Assembly (NCBI GenBank): GCA_964247055.1
Contig: OZ176051.1
Location: 620,001 to 684,000 of the forward strand
Source: Paragordius varius
Lineage: Eukaryota > Animalia > Nematomorpha
Length of the DNA stretch: 64,000 bases
Reading direction: 5' to 3'
Shown here: one piece after another, positions 1 through 13,090 of the stretch
How positions within the stretch are numbered: position 1 is the first letter of the stretch
Layout: each line of letters begins with the position of its first letter
Notes under the pieces: generated by a model
Told to the model about the DNA's origin: nothing
Databases searched by the model: none
The model's input: only the letters and a program-made list of their open reading frames with translations
Translations under genes and position numbers: made by a program

Positions 1-932
1 TATACCGTCTCTTAGTAAGACTACATCAAAATATAGAGATAGTTTGACAAGCTCTTTCATATCCGATTTTTACAACGATACTTTAAAAATTAATGTATAA
101 AACTAGTCGTATCAATAAATCGCATACACACTCAAGTTAAACTTTGTCCTTAAAAATCGGATATTGGTCACGGTGAACAAAATTATTTTTTATACATTCT
201 CTTAGTAAGACTACATCAAAATATAGAGATAATTTGACAAACTCTTTCATATCCGATTTTTACAACGATACTTTAAAAATTAATGTATAAAACTAGGCGT
301 ATCAATTAATCGCATCAATACTCAAGTTAAACTTTGTCCATAAAAATCGGATATTGGTCACCGGTGAACAAAATTATTTTTTATACATTCTCTTAGTAGG
401 ACTACATCAAAATATAGAGATAGTTTGGCAAACTGTTTCATATCCGATTTTTACAACGATACTTTATAAATTAATGTATAAAACTAGTCGCATCAATACT
501 CAAGTTAAACTTTGTCTTTAAAAATCGGATATTGGTCACCGGTGAACAAAATTATTTTTTATACATTCTCTTAGTAAGACTACATCAAAATATAGAGATA
601 ACTTGACAAACTCTTTCATATCCGATTTTTACAACGATACTTTAAAAATTAATGTATAAAACTAGGCGTATCAATTAATCGCATCAATACTCAAGTTAAA
701 CTCTGTCCTTAAAAATCGAATATTGGTCACCGGTGAACAAAATTATTTTTTATACATTCTCTTTGTAAGACTACATCAAAATATAGAAATAGTTTGACAA
801 ACTCTTTCATATCCGATTTTTACAACGATACTTTAAAAATTAATGTATTAAACTAGTCGCATCAATACTCAAGCTAAAACATTGTCCTTAAAAATCGGAT
901 ATTGGTCACCGGTGAACAAAACTATTATACCC

Positions 933-1123
933 TCTCTTAGTAAGACTACATCAAAATATAGAGATAGTTTGACAAACTCTTTCATATCCGATTTTTACAA
1001 CGATACTTTAAAAATTAATGTATAAAACTAGTCGTATCAATAAATCGCATCAATACTCAAGTTAAACTTTCTCCTTAAAAATCGGATATTGGTCACCGGT
1101 GAACAAAATTATTTTTTATACAT
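933..1123. repeat. Representative 191-bp long monomer with internal 13-bp tandem duplication
   Basis: TCGTATCAATAAA (1032-1044) is followed by TCGCATCAATACT (1045-1057), 10/13 identical. Spacing to the next monomer start is 191 bp. Confidence 0.95.
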
Positions 1124-1478
1124 TCTCTTAGTAAGACTACATCAAAATATAGAGATAGTTTGACAAACTCTTTCATATCCGATTTTTACAACGATACTTT
1201 AAAAATTAATGTCTTAAACTAGTCGCATCAATACTCAAGTTAAACTTTGTCCTCAAAAATCAGATATTGGTCATAGGTGAACAAAATTTTTTTTATACAT
1301 TCTCTTAGTAAGACTACATCAAAATATAGAGATAGTTTGACAAACTCTTTCATACCCGATTTTTACAACGATACTTTAAAAATTATGGTATTAAACCAGT
1401 CGCATCAATACTCAAGTTAAACTTTGTCCTTAAAAATCGGATATTGGTCACCGGTGAACAAAATTATTTTTTATACAT

Positions 1479-1657
1479 TCTCTTAGTAAGACTACATCAA
1501 AATATAGAGATAGTTTGACAAACTCTTTCATATCCGATTTTTACAACGATACTTTAAAAATTATGGTATTAAACCAGTCGCATCAATACTCAAGCTAAAA
1601 CATTGTCCTTAAAAATCGGATATTGGTCACCGGTGAACAAAACTATTTTTTATACCG
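1479..1657. repeat. Representative 179-bp monomer subtype (AAGCTAAAACATTGTCC ... AAAACTATTTTTTATACCG)
   Basis: AAGCTAAAACATTGTCC (17 nt) replaces AAGTTAAACTTTGTCC (16 nt). It is usually linked to ACTATT and ATACCGTC at the monomer end. Confidence 0.9.
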
Positions 1658-4629
1658 TCTCTTAGTAAGACTACATCAAAATATAGAGATAGTTTGACAA
1701 GCTCTTTCATATCCGATTTTTACAACGATACTTTAAAAATTAATGTATAAAACTAGTCGTATCAATAAATCGCATACACACTCAAGTTAAACTTTGTCCT
1801 TAAAAATCGGATATTGGTCACGGTGAACAAAATTATTTTTTATACATTCTCTTAGTAAGACTACATCAAAATATAGAGATAATTTGACAAACTCTTTCAT
1901 ATCCGATTTTTACAACGATACTTTAAAAATTAATGTATAAAACTAGGCGTATCAATTAATCGCATCAATACTCAAGTTAAACTTTGTCCATAAAAATCGG
2001 ATATTGGTCACCGGTGAACAAAATTATTTTTTATACATTCTCTTAGTAGGACTACATCAAAATATAGAGATAGTTTGGCAAACTGTTTCATATCCGATTT
2101 TTACAACGATACTTTAAAAATTAATGTATAAAACTAGTCGCATCAATACTCAAGTTAAACTTTGTCTTTAAAAATCGGATATTGGTCACCGGTGAACAAA
2201 ATTATTTTTTATACATTCTCTTAGTAAGACTACATCAAAATATAGAGATAACTTGACAAACTCTTTCATATCCGATTTTTACAACGATACTTTAAAAATT
2301 AATGTATAAAACTAGGCGTATCAATTAATCGCATCAATACTCAAGTTAAACTCTGTCCTTAAAAATCGAATATTGGTCACCGGTGAACAAAATTATTTTT
2401 TATACATTCTCTTTGTAAGACTACATCAAAATATAGAAATTGTTTGACAAACTCTTTCATATCCGATTTTTACAACGATACTTTAAAAATTAATGTATTA
2501 AACTAGTCGCATCAATACTCAAGCTAAAACATTGTCCTTAAAAATCGGATATTGGTCACCGGTGAACAAAACTATTTTTATACCCTCTCTTAGTAAGACT
2601 ACATCAAAATATAGAGATAGTTTGACAAACTCTTTCATATCCGATTTTTACAACGATACTTTAAAAATTAATGTATAAAACTAGTCGTATCAATAAATCG
2701 CATCAATACTCAAGTTAAACTTTCTCCTTAAAAATCGGATATTGGTCACCGGTGAACAAAATTATTTTTTATACATTCTCTTAGTAAGACTACATCAAAA
2801 TATAGAGATAGTTTGACAAACTCTTTCATATCCGATTTTTACAACGATACTTTAAAAATTAATGTCTTAAACTAGTCGCATCAATACTCAAGTTAAACTT
2901 TGTCCTCAAAAATCAGATATTGGTCATAGGTGAACAAAATTATTTTTTATACATTCTCTTAGTAAGACTACATCAAAATATAGAGATAGTTTGACCAACT
3001 CTTTCATACCCGATTTTTACAACGATACTTTAAAAATTATGGTATTAAACCAGTCGCATCAATACTCAAGTTAAACTTTGTCCTTAAAAATCGGATATTG
3101 GTCACCGGTGAACAAAATTATTTTTTATACATTCTCTTAGTAAGACTACATCAAAATATAGAGATAATTTGACAAACTCTTTCATATCCGATTTTTACAA
3201 CGATACTTTAAAAATTAATGTATAAAACTAGGCTTATCAATTAATCGCATCAATACTCAAGTTAAACTTTGTCCTTAAAAATCGGATATTGGTCACGGTG
3301 AACAAAATTATTTTTTATACATTCTCTTAGTAGGACTACATCAAAATATAGAGGTTTGGCAAACTCTTTCATATCCGATTTTTACAACGATACTTTAAAA
3401 ATTAATGTATAAAACTACTCAAGTTAAACTTTGTCCTTAAAAATCAGATATTGGTCACCGGTGAACAAAATAATTTTTTATACATTCTCTTAGTAAGACT
3501 ACATATAAAAATATAGAGATAGTTTGACAAACTCTTTCATATCCGATTTTTACAACGATACTTTAAAAATTATGGTATTAAACCAGTCGCATCAATACTC
3601 AAGTTAAACTTTGTCCTTAAAAATCGGATATTGGTCACCGGTGAACAAAATTAATTTTTATACATTCTCTTAGTAAGACTACATCAAAATATAGAGATAG
3701 TTTGACAAACTCTTTCATATCCGATTTTTACAACGATACTTTAAAAATTAATGTGTTAAACTAGTCGCATCAATACTCAAGTTAAACTTTGTCCTTAAAA
3801 ATCGGATCTTGGTCACCGGGAACAAAATTATTTTTTATATATTCTCTTAGTAAGACTACATCAAAATATAGAGATAGTTGACAAACTCTTTCATATATGA
3901 TTTTTACAACGAGACTTTAAAAATTAATGTATTAAACTAGTCGCATCAATACTCAAGCTAAAACATTGTCCTTAAAAATCGGATATTGGTCACCGGTGAA
4001 CAAAACTATTTTTTATACCGTCTCTTAGTAAGACTACATCAAAATATAGAGATAGTTTGACAAACTCTTTCATATCCGATTTTTACAACGATACTTTAAA
4101 AATTAATGTATAAAACTAGTCGTATCAATAAATCGCATACACACTCAAGTTAAACTTTGTCCTTAAAAATCGGATATTGGTCACCGGTGAACAAAATTAT
4201 TTTTTATACATTCTCTTAGTAGGACTACATCAAAATATAGAGATAGTTTGGCAAACTGTTTCATATCCGATTTTTACAACGATACTTTAAAAATTAATGT
4301 ATAAAACTAGGCGTATCAATTAATCGCATCAATACTCAAGTTAAACTCTGTCCTTAAAAATCGGATATTGGTCGGTGAACAAAATTATTTTTTATACATT
4401 CTCTTAGTAAGACTACATCAAAATATAGAGATAGTTTGACAAACTCTTTCATATCCGATTTTTACAACGATACTTTAAAAATTATGGTATTAAACCAGTC
4501 GCATCAATACTCAAGTTAAACTTTGTCCTTAAAAATCAGATATTGGTCACCGGTGAACAAAATTATTTTTTATACATTCTCTTAGTAAGACTACATCAAA
4601 ATATAGAGATAACTTGACAAACTCTTTCA

Positions 4630-6430
4630 TATCCGATTTTTACAACGATACTTTAAAAATTAATGTATAAAACTAGGCGTATCAATTAATCGCATCAATA
4701 CTCAAGTTAAACTCTGTCCTTAAAAATCGAATATTGGTCACCGGTGAACAAAATTATTTTTTATATATTCTCTTAGTAAGACTACATCAAAATATAGAAA
4801 TAGTTTGACAAACTCTTTCATATCCGATTTTTACAACGATACTTTAAAAATTAATGTATTAAACTAGTCGCATCAATACTCAAGTTAAACTTTGTCCTCA
4901 AAAATCAGATATTGGTCATAGGTGAACAAAATTATTTTTTATACATTCTCTTAGTAAGACTACATCAAAATATAGAGATAGTTTGACAAACTCTTTCATA
5001 TCCGATTTTTACAACGATACTTTAAAAATTAATGTATAAAACTAGTCGTATCAATAAATCGCATCAATACTCAAGTTAAACTTTCTCCTTAAAAATCGGA
5101 TATTGGTCACCGGTGAACAAAATTATTTTTTATACATTCTCTTAGTAAGACTAGATCAAAATATAGAGATAGTTTGACAAACTCTTTCATATCCGATTTT
5201 TACAACGATACTTTAAAAATTATGGTATTAAACCAGTCGCATCAATACTCAAGTTAAACTTTGTCCTTAAAAATCGGATATTGGTCACCGGTGAACAAAA
5301 TTATTTTTTATACATTCTCTTAGTAAGACTACATCAAAATATAGAGATAATTTGACAAACTCTTTCATATCCGATTTTTACAACGATACTTTAAAAATTA
5401 ATGTCTTAAACTAGTCGCATCAATACTTAAGTTACACTTTGTCCTCAAAAATCAGATATTGGTCATAGGTGAACAAAATTATTTTTTATACATTCTCTTA
5501 GTAAGACTACATCAAAATATAGAGATAGTTTGGCAAACTGTTTCATATCCGATTTTTACAACGATACTTTAAAAATTAATGTATAAAACTAGGCGTATCA
5601 ATTAATCGCATCAATACTCAAGTTAAACTCTGTCCTTAAAAATCGGATATTGGTCACCGGTGAACAAAATTATTTTTTATACATTCTCTTAGTAAGACTA
5701 CATCAAAATATAGAGATAGTTTGACAAACTCTTTCATATCCGATTTTTACAACGATACTTTAAAAATTAATGTATTAAACTAGTCGCATCAATACTCAAG
5801 TTAAACTTTGTCCTCAAAAATCAGATATTGGTCATAGGTGAACAAAATTATTTTTTATACATTCTCTTAGTAAGACTACATCAAAATATAGAGATAGTTT
5901 GACAAACTCTTTCATATCCGATTTTTACAACGATACTTTAAAAATTAATGTATAAAACTAGTCGTATCAATAAATCGCATCAATACTCAAGTTAAACTTT
6001 CTCCTTAAAAATCGGATATTGGTCACCGGTGAACAAAATTATTTTTTATACATTCTCTTAGTAAGACTAGATCAAAATATAGAGATAGTTTGACAAACTC
6101 TTTCATATCCGATTTTTACAACGATACTTTAAAAATTATGGTATTAAACCAGTCGCATCAAAACTCAAGTTAAACTTTGTCCTTAAAAATCGGATATTGG
6201 TCACCGGTGAACAAAATTATTTTTTATACATTCTCTTAGTAAGACTACATCAAAATATAGAGATAATTTGACAAACTCTTTCATATCCGATTTTTACAAC
6301 GATACTTTAAAAATTAATGTCTTAAACTAGTCGCATCAATACTTAAGTTAAACTTTGTCCTCAAAAATCAGATATTGGTCATAGGTGAACAAAATTATTT
6401 TTTATACATTCTCTTAGTAAGACTACATCA
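4630..6430. repeat. 5-monomer HOR, period 916 bp, 2 copies
   Basis: Private CTAGATC at 5151 and 6067. 916 = 3x178 + 2x191. CAATACTTAAG is also shared. Confidence 0.85.
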
Positions 6431-7511
6431 AAATATAGAAATAGTTTGACAAACACTTTCATATCCGATTTTTACAACGATACTTTAAAAATTAATGTAT
6501 AAAACTAGTCGTATCAATAAATCGCATCAATACTCAAGTTAAACTTTCTCCTTAAAAATCGGATATTGGTCACCGGTGAACAAAATTATTTTTTATACAT
6601 TCTCTTAGTAGGACTACATCAAAATATAGAGATAGTTTGGCAAACTCTTTTATATCCGATTTTTACAACGATACTTTAAAAATTAATGTATAAAACTAGT
6701 CGCATCATACTCAAGTTAAACTTTGTCCTCAAAAATCAGATATTGGTCATAGGTGAACAAAATTATTTTTTATACATTCTCTTAGTAAGACTACATCAAA
6801 ATATAGAGATAGTTTGACAAATTCTTTCATATCCGATTTTTACAACGATACTTGAAAAATTAATGTATAAAACTAGTCGTATCAATAAATCGCATCAATA
6901 GTCAAGTTAAACTTTCTCCTTAAAAATCGGATATTGGTCACCGGTGAACAAAATTATTTTTTATACATTCTCTTAGTAAGACTACATAAAAATATAGAGA
7001 TAGTTTGACAAACTCTTTCATATCCGATTTTTACAGCCATACTTTAAAAATTAATGTATAAAACTAGTCGTATCAATAAATCGCATCAATACTCAAGTTA
7101 AACTTTGTCCTTAAAAATCAGATATTGGTCACCGGTGAACAAAATTATTTTTTATACATTCTCTTAGTAAGACTACATCAAAATATAGAGATAGTTTGAC
7201 AAACTCTTTCATATCCGATTTTTACAACGATACTTTAAAAATTAATGTATTAAACTAGTCGCATCAATACTCAAGTTAAACTTTGTCCTTAAAAATCAGA
7301 TATTGGTCACCGGTGAACAAAATAATTTTTTATACATTCTCTTAGTAAGACTACATATAAAAATATAGAGATAGTTTGACAAACTCTTTCATATCCGATT
7401 TTTACAACGATACTTTAAAAATTATGGTATTAAACCAGTCGCATCAATACTCAAGCTAAAACATTGTCCTTAAAAATCGGATATTGGTCACCGGTGAACA
7501 AAACTATTTTT

Positions 7512-10450
7512 TATACCGTCTCTTAGTAAGACTACATCAAAATATAGAGATAGTTTGACAAGCTCTTTCATATCCGATTTTTACAACGATACTTTAAAAA
7601 TTAATGTATAAAACTAGTCGTATCAATAAATCGCATACACACTCAAGTTAAACTTTGTCCTTAAAAATCGGATATTGGTCACGGTGAACAAAATTATTTT
7701 TTATACATTCTCTTAGTAAGACTACATCAAAATATAGAGATAATTTGACAAACTCTTTCATATCCGATTTTTACAACGATACTTTAAAAATTAATGTATA
7801 AAACTAGGCGTATCAATTAATCGCATCAATACTCAAGTTAAACTTTGTCCATAAAAATCGGATATTGGTCACCGGTGAACAAAATTATTTTTTATACATT
7901 CTCTTAGTAGGACTACATCAAAATATAGAGATAGTTTGGCAAACTGTTTCATATCCGATTTTTACAACGATACTTTATAAATTAATGTATAAAACTAGTC
8001 GCATCAATACTCAAGTTAAACTTTGTCTTTAAAAATCGGATATTGGTCACCGGTGAACAAAATTATTTTTTATACATTCTCTTAGTAAGACTACATCAAA
8101 ATATAGAGATAACTTGACAAACTCTTTCATATCCGATTTTTACAACGATACTTTAAAAATTAATGTATAAAACTAGGCGTATCAATTAATCGCATCAATA
8201 CTCAAGTTAAACTCTGTCCTTAAAAATCGAATATTGGTCACCGGTGAACAAAATTATTTTTTATACATTCTCTTTGTAAGACTACATCAAAATATAGAAA
8301 TAGTTTGACAAACTCTTTCATATCCGATTTTTACAACGATACTTTAAAAATTAATGTATTAAACTAGTCGCATCAATACTCAAGCTAAAACATTGTCCTT
8401 AAAAATCGGATATTGGTCACCGGTGAACAAAACTATTTTTATACCCTCTCTTAGTAAGACTACATCAAAATATAGAGATAGTTTGACAAACTCTTTCATA
8501 TCCGATTTTTACAACGATACTTTAAAAATTAATGTATAAAACTAGTCGTATCAATAAATCGCATCAATACTCAAGTTAAACTTTCTCCTTAAAAATCGGA
8601 TATTGGTCACCGGTGAACAAAATTATTTTTTATACATTCTCTTAGTAAGACTACATCAAAATATAGAGATAGTTTGACAAACTCTTTCATATCCGATTTT
8701 TACAACGATACTTTAAAAATTAATGTCTTAAACTAGTCGCATCAATACTCAAGTTAAACTTTGTCCTCAAAAATCAGATATTGGTCATAGGTGAACAAAA
8801 TTTTTTTTATACATTCTCTTAGTAAGACTACATCAAAATATAGAGATAGTTTGACAAACTCTTTCATACCCGATTTTTACAACGATACTTTAAAAATTAT
8901 GGTATTAAACCAGTCGCATCAATACTCAAGTTAAACTTTGTCCTTAAAAATCGGATATTGGTCACCGGTGAACAAAATTATTTTTTATACATTCTCTTAG
9001 TAAGACTACATCAAAATATAGAGATAGTTTGACAAACTCTTTCATATCCGATTTTTACAACGATACTTTAAAAATTATGGTATTAAACCAGTCGCATCAA
9101 TACTCAAGCTAAAACATTGTCCTTAAAAATCGGATATTGGTCACCGGTGAACAAAACTATTTTTTATACCGTCTCTTAGTAAGACTACATCAAAATATAG
9201 AGATAGTTTGACAAGCTCTTTCATATCCGATTTTTACAACGATACTTTAAAAATTAATGTATAAAACTAGGCGTATCAATTAATCGCATCAATACTCAAG
9301 TTAAACTTTGTCCATAAAAATCGGATATTGGTCACCGGTGAACAAAATTATTTTTTATACATTCTCTTAGTAGGACTACATCAAAATATAGAGATAGTTT
9401 GGCAAACTGTTTCATATCCGATTTTTACAACGATACTTTAAAAATTAATGTATAAAACTAGTCGCATCAATACTCAAGTTAAACTTTGTCTTTAAAAATC
9501 GGATATTGGTCACCGGTGAACAAAATTATTTTTTATACATTCTCTTAGTAAGACTACATCAAAATATAGAGATAACTTGACAAACTCTTTCATATCCGAT
9601 TTTTACAACGATACTTTAAAAATTAATGTATAAAACTAGGCGTATCAATTAATCGCATCAATACTCAAGTTAAACTCTGTCCTTAAAAATCGAATATTGG
9701 TCACCGGTGAACAAAATTATTTTTTATACATTCTCTTTGTAAGACTACATCAAAATATAGAAATTGTTTGACAAACTCTTTCATATCCGATTTTTACAAC
9801 GATACTTTAAAAATTAATGTATTAAACTAGTCGCATCAATACTCAAGCTAAAACATTGTCCTTAAAAATCGGATATTGGTCACCGGTGAACAAAACTATT
9901 TTTATACCCTCTCTTAGTAAGACTACATCAAAATATAGAGATAGTTTGACAAACTCTTTCATATCCGATTTTTACAACGATACTTTAAAAATTAATGTAT
10001 AAAACTAGTCGTATCAATAAATCGCATCAATACTCAAGTTAAACTTTCTCCTTAAAAATCGGATATTGGTCACCGGTGAACAAAATTATTTTTTATACAT
10101 TCTCTTAGTAAGACTACATCAAAATATAGAGATAGTTTGACAAACTCTTTCATATCCGATTTTTACAACGATACTTTAAAAATTAATGTCTTAAACTAGT
10201 CGCATCAATACTCAAGTTAAACTTTGTCCTCAAAAATCAGATATTGGTCATAGGTGAACAAAATTATTTTTTATACATTCTCTTAGTAAGACTACATCAA
10301 AATATAGAGATAGTTTGACAAACTCTTTCATACCCGATTTTTACAACGATACTTTAAAAATTATGGTATTAAACCAGTCGCATCAATACTCAAGTTAAAC
10401 TTTGTCCTTAAAAATCGGATATTGGTCACCGGTGAACAAAATTATTTTTT
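7512..10450. repeat. Second occurrence of the paired 9-mer HOR block (copy of about 1-3130)
   Basis: TATACCGTCT...GACAAGCTC at 7512 and 9165, with the same marker series as 1-3130. Confidence 0.88.
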
Positions 10451-11183
10451 ATACATTCTCTTAGTAAGACTACATCAAAATATAGAGATAATTTGACAAA
10501 CTCTTTCATATCCGATTTTTACAACGATATTTTAAAAATTAATGTATAAGACTAGGCGTATCAATAAATCGCATCAATACTCAAGTTAAACTTTCTCCTT
10601 AAAAATCGGATATTGGTCACCGGTGAACAAAATTATTTTTTATACATTCTCTTAGTAGGACTACATCAAAATATAGAGATAGTTTGGCAAACTCTTTTAT
10701 ATCCGATTTTTACAACGATACTTTAAAAATTAATGTATAAAACTAGTCGCATCAATACTCAAGTTAAACTTTGTCCTTAAAAATCAGATATTGGTCACCG
10801 GTGAACAAAATTATTTTTTATACATTCTCTTAGTAAGACTACATCAAAATATAGAGATAGTTTGACAAACTCTTTCATATCCGATTTTTACAACGATACT
10901 TTAAAAATTAAAGTATTAAACTAGTCGCATCAATATTAAAGCTAAAACATTGTCTTTAAAAATCGGATATTGGTCACCGGTGAACAAAATTATTTTTTAT
11001 ACATTCTCTTAGTAAGACTACATCAAAATATAGAGATAGTTTGACAAACTCTTTCATATCCGATTTTTACAACGATACTTTAAAAATTATGGTATTAAAC
11101 CAGTCGCATCAATACTCAAGTTAAACTTTGTCCTTAAAAATCGGATATTGGTCACCGGTGAACAAAACTATTTTTTATACCGT

Positions 11184-13090
11184 CTCTTAGTAAGACTACA
11201 TCAAAATATAGATATAGTTTGACAAACTCTTTCATATCCGATTTTTACAACGATACTTTAAAAATTAATGTATAAAACTAGTCGTATCAATAAATCGCAT
11301 CAATACTCAAGTTAAACTTTCTCCTTAAAAATCGGATATTGGTCACCGGTGAACAAAATTATTTTTTATACATTCTCTTAGTAAGACTACATAAAAATAT
11401 AGAGATAGTTTGACAAACTTTTTCATATCCGATTTTTACAACCATACGTTAAAAATTAATGTATAAAACTAGTCGTATCAATAAATCGCATCAATACTCA
11501 AGTAGAACTTTCTCCTTAAAAATCGCATATTGGTCACCGGTGAACAAAATTATTTTTTATACATTCTCTTAGTAGGACTACATCAAAATATAGAGGTTTG
11601 GCAAACTCTTTCATATCCGATTTTTACAACGATACTTTAAAAATTAATGTATAAAACTAGTCGCATCAATACTCAAGTTAAACTTTGTCCTTAAAAATCA
11701 GATATTGGTCACCGGTGAACAAAATAATTTTTTATACATTCTCTTAGTAAGACTACATATAAAAATATAGAGATAGTTTGACAAACTCTTTCATATCCGA
11801 TTTTTACAACGATACTTTAAAAATTATGGTATTAAACCAGTCGCATCAATACTCAAGTTAAACTTTGTCCTTAAAAATCGGATATTGGTCACCGGTGAAC
11901 AAAATTATTTTTTATACATTCTCTTAGTAAGACTACATCAAAATATAGAGATAGTTTGACAAACTCTTTCATATCCGATTTTTACAACGATACTTTAAAA
12001 ATTAAAGTATTAAACTAGTCGCATCAATACTCAAGCTAAAACATTGTCCTTAAAAATCGGATATTGGTCACCGGTGAACAAAACTATTTTTTATACCGTC
12101 TCTTAGTAAGACTACATCAAAATATAGATATAGTTTGACAAACTCTTTCATATCCGATTTTTACAACGATACTTTAAAAATTAATGTATAAAACTAGTCG
12201 TATCAATAAATCGCATCAATACTCAAGTTAAACTTTCTCCTTAAAAATCGGATATTGGACACCGGTGAACAAAATTATTTTTTATACATTCTCTTAGTAA
12301 GACTACATAAAAATATAGAGATAGTTTGACAAACTCTTTCATATCCGATTTTTACAACCATACATTAAAAATTAATGTATAAAACTAGTCGTATCAATAA
12401 ATCGCATCAATACTCAAGTAGAACTTTCTCCTTAAAAATCGCATATTGGTCACCGGTGAACAAAATTATTTTTTATACATTCTCTTAGTAGGACTACATC
12501 AAAATATAGAGGTTTGGCAAACTCTTTCATATCCGATTTTTACAACGATACTTTAAAAATTAATGTATAAAACTAGTCGCATCAATACTCAAGTTAAACT
12601 TTGTCCTTAAAAATCAGATATTGGTCACCGGTGAACAAAATAATTTTTTATACATTCTCTTAGTAAGACTACATCAAAATATAGATATAGTTTGACAAAC
12701 TCTTTCATATCCGATTTTTACAACGATACTTTAAAAATTAATGTATAAAACTAGTCGTATCAATAAATCGCATCAATACTCAAGTTAAACTTTCTCCTTA
12801 AAAATCGGATATTGGTCACCGGTGAACAAAATTATTTTTTATACATTCTCTTAGTAAGACTACATAAAAATATAGAGATAGTTTGACAAACTTTTTCATA
12901 TCCGATTTTTACAACCATACGTTAAAAATTAATGTATAAAACTAGTCGTATCAATAAATCGCATCAATACTCAAGTAGAACTTTCTCCTTAAAAATCGCA
13001 TATTGGTCACCGGTGAACAAAATTATTTTTTATACATTCTCTTAGTAGGACTACATCAAAATATAGAGGTTTGGCAAACTCTTTCATATC
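11184..13090. repeat. 5-mer HOR (916 bp) followed by a 3-mer truncated copy (557 bp)
   Basis: GATATAG at 11211, 12127 and 12684. Shared rare markers ACATAAAAAT, AACCATAC, CAAGTAGAAC, AATCGCATAT, GAGGTTTGG. Confidence 0.87.

Larger units (their letters stand above)
1..3130. repeat. 9-monomer HOR, period 1650 bp, about 1.9 copies
   Basis: TATACCGTCT...GACAAGCTC at 1 and 1651, with the same order of private variants (CGCATACAC, GTCCATAAA, AACTTGAC, CTCTTTGTAAG, GTCTTAAAC). Confidence 0.9.

Noticed and set aside
921-930. Homopolymer length variants in the T-run (e.g. ACTATTATAC; also 2571, 29151, 50590)
   Set aside because: These are typical long-read or consensus homopolymer errors or trivial slippage, so they were not used as markers.
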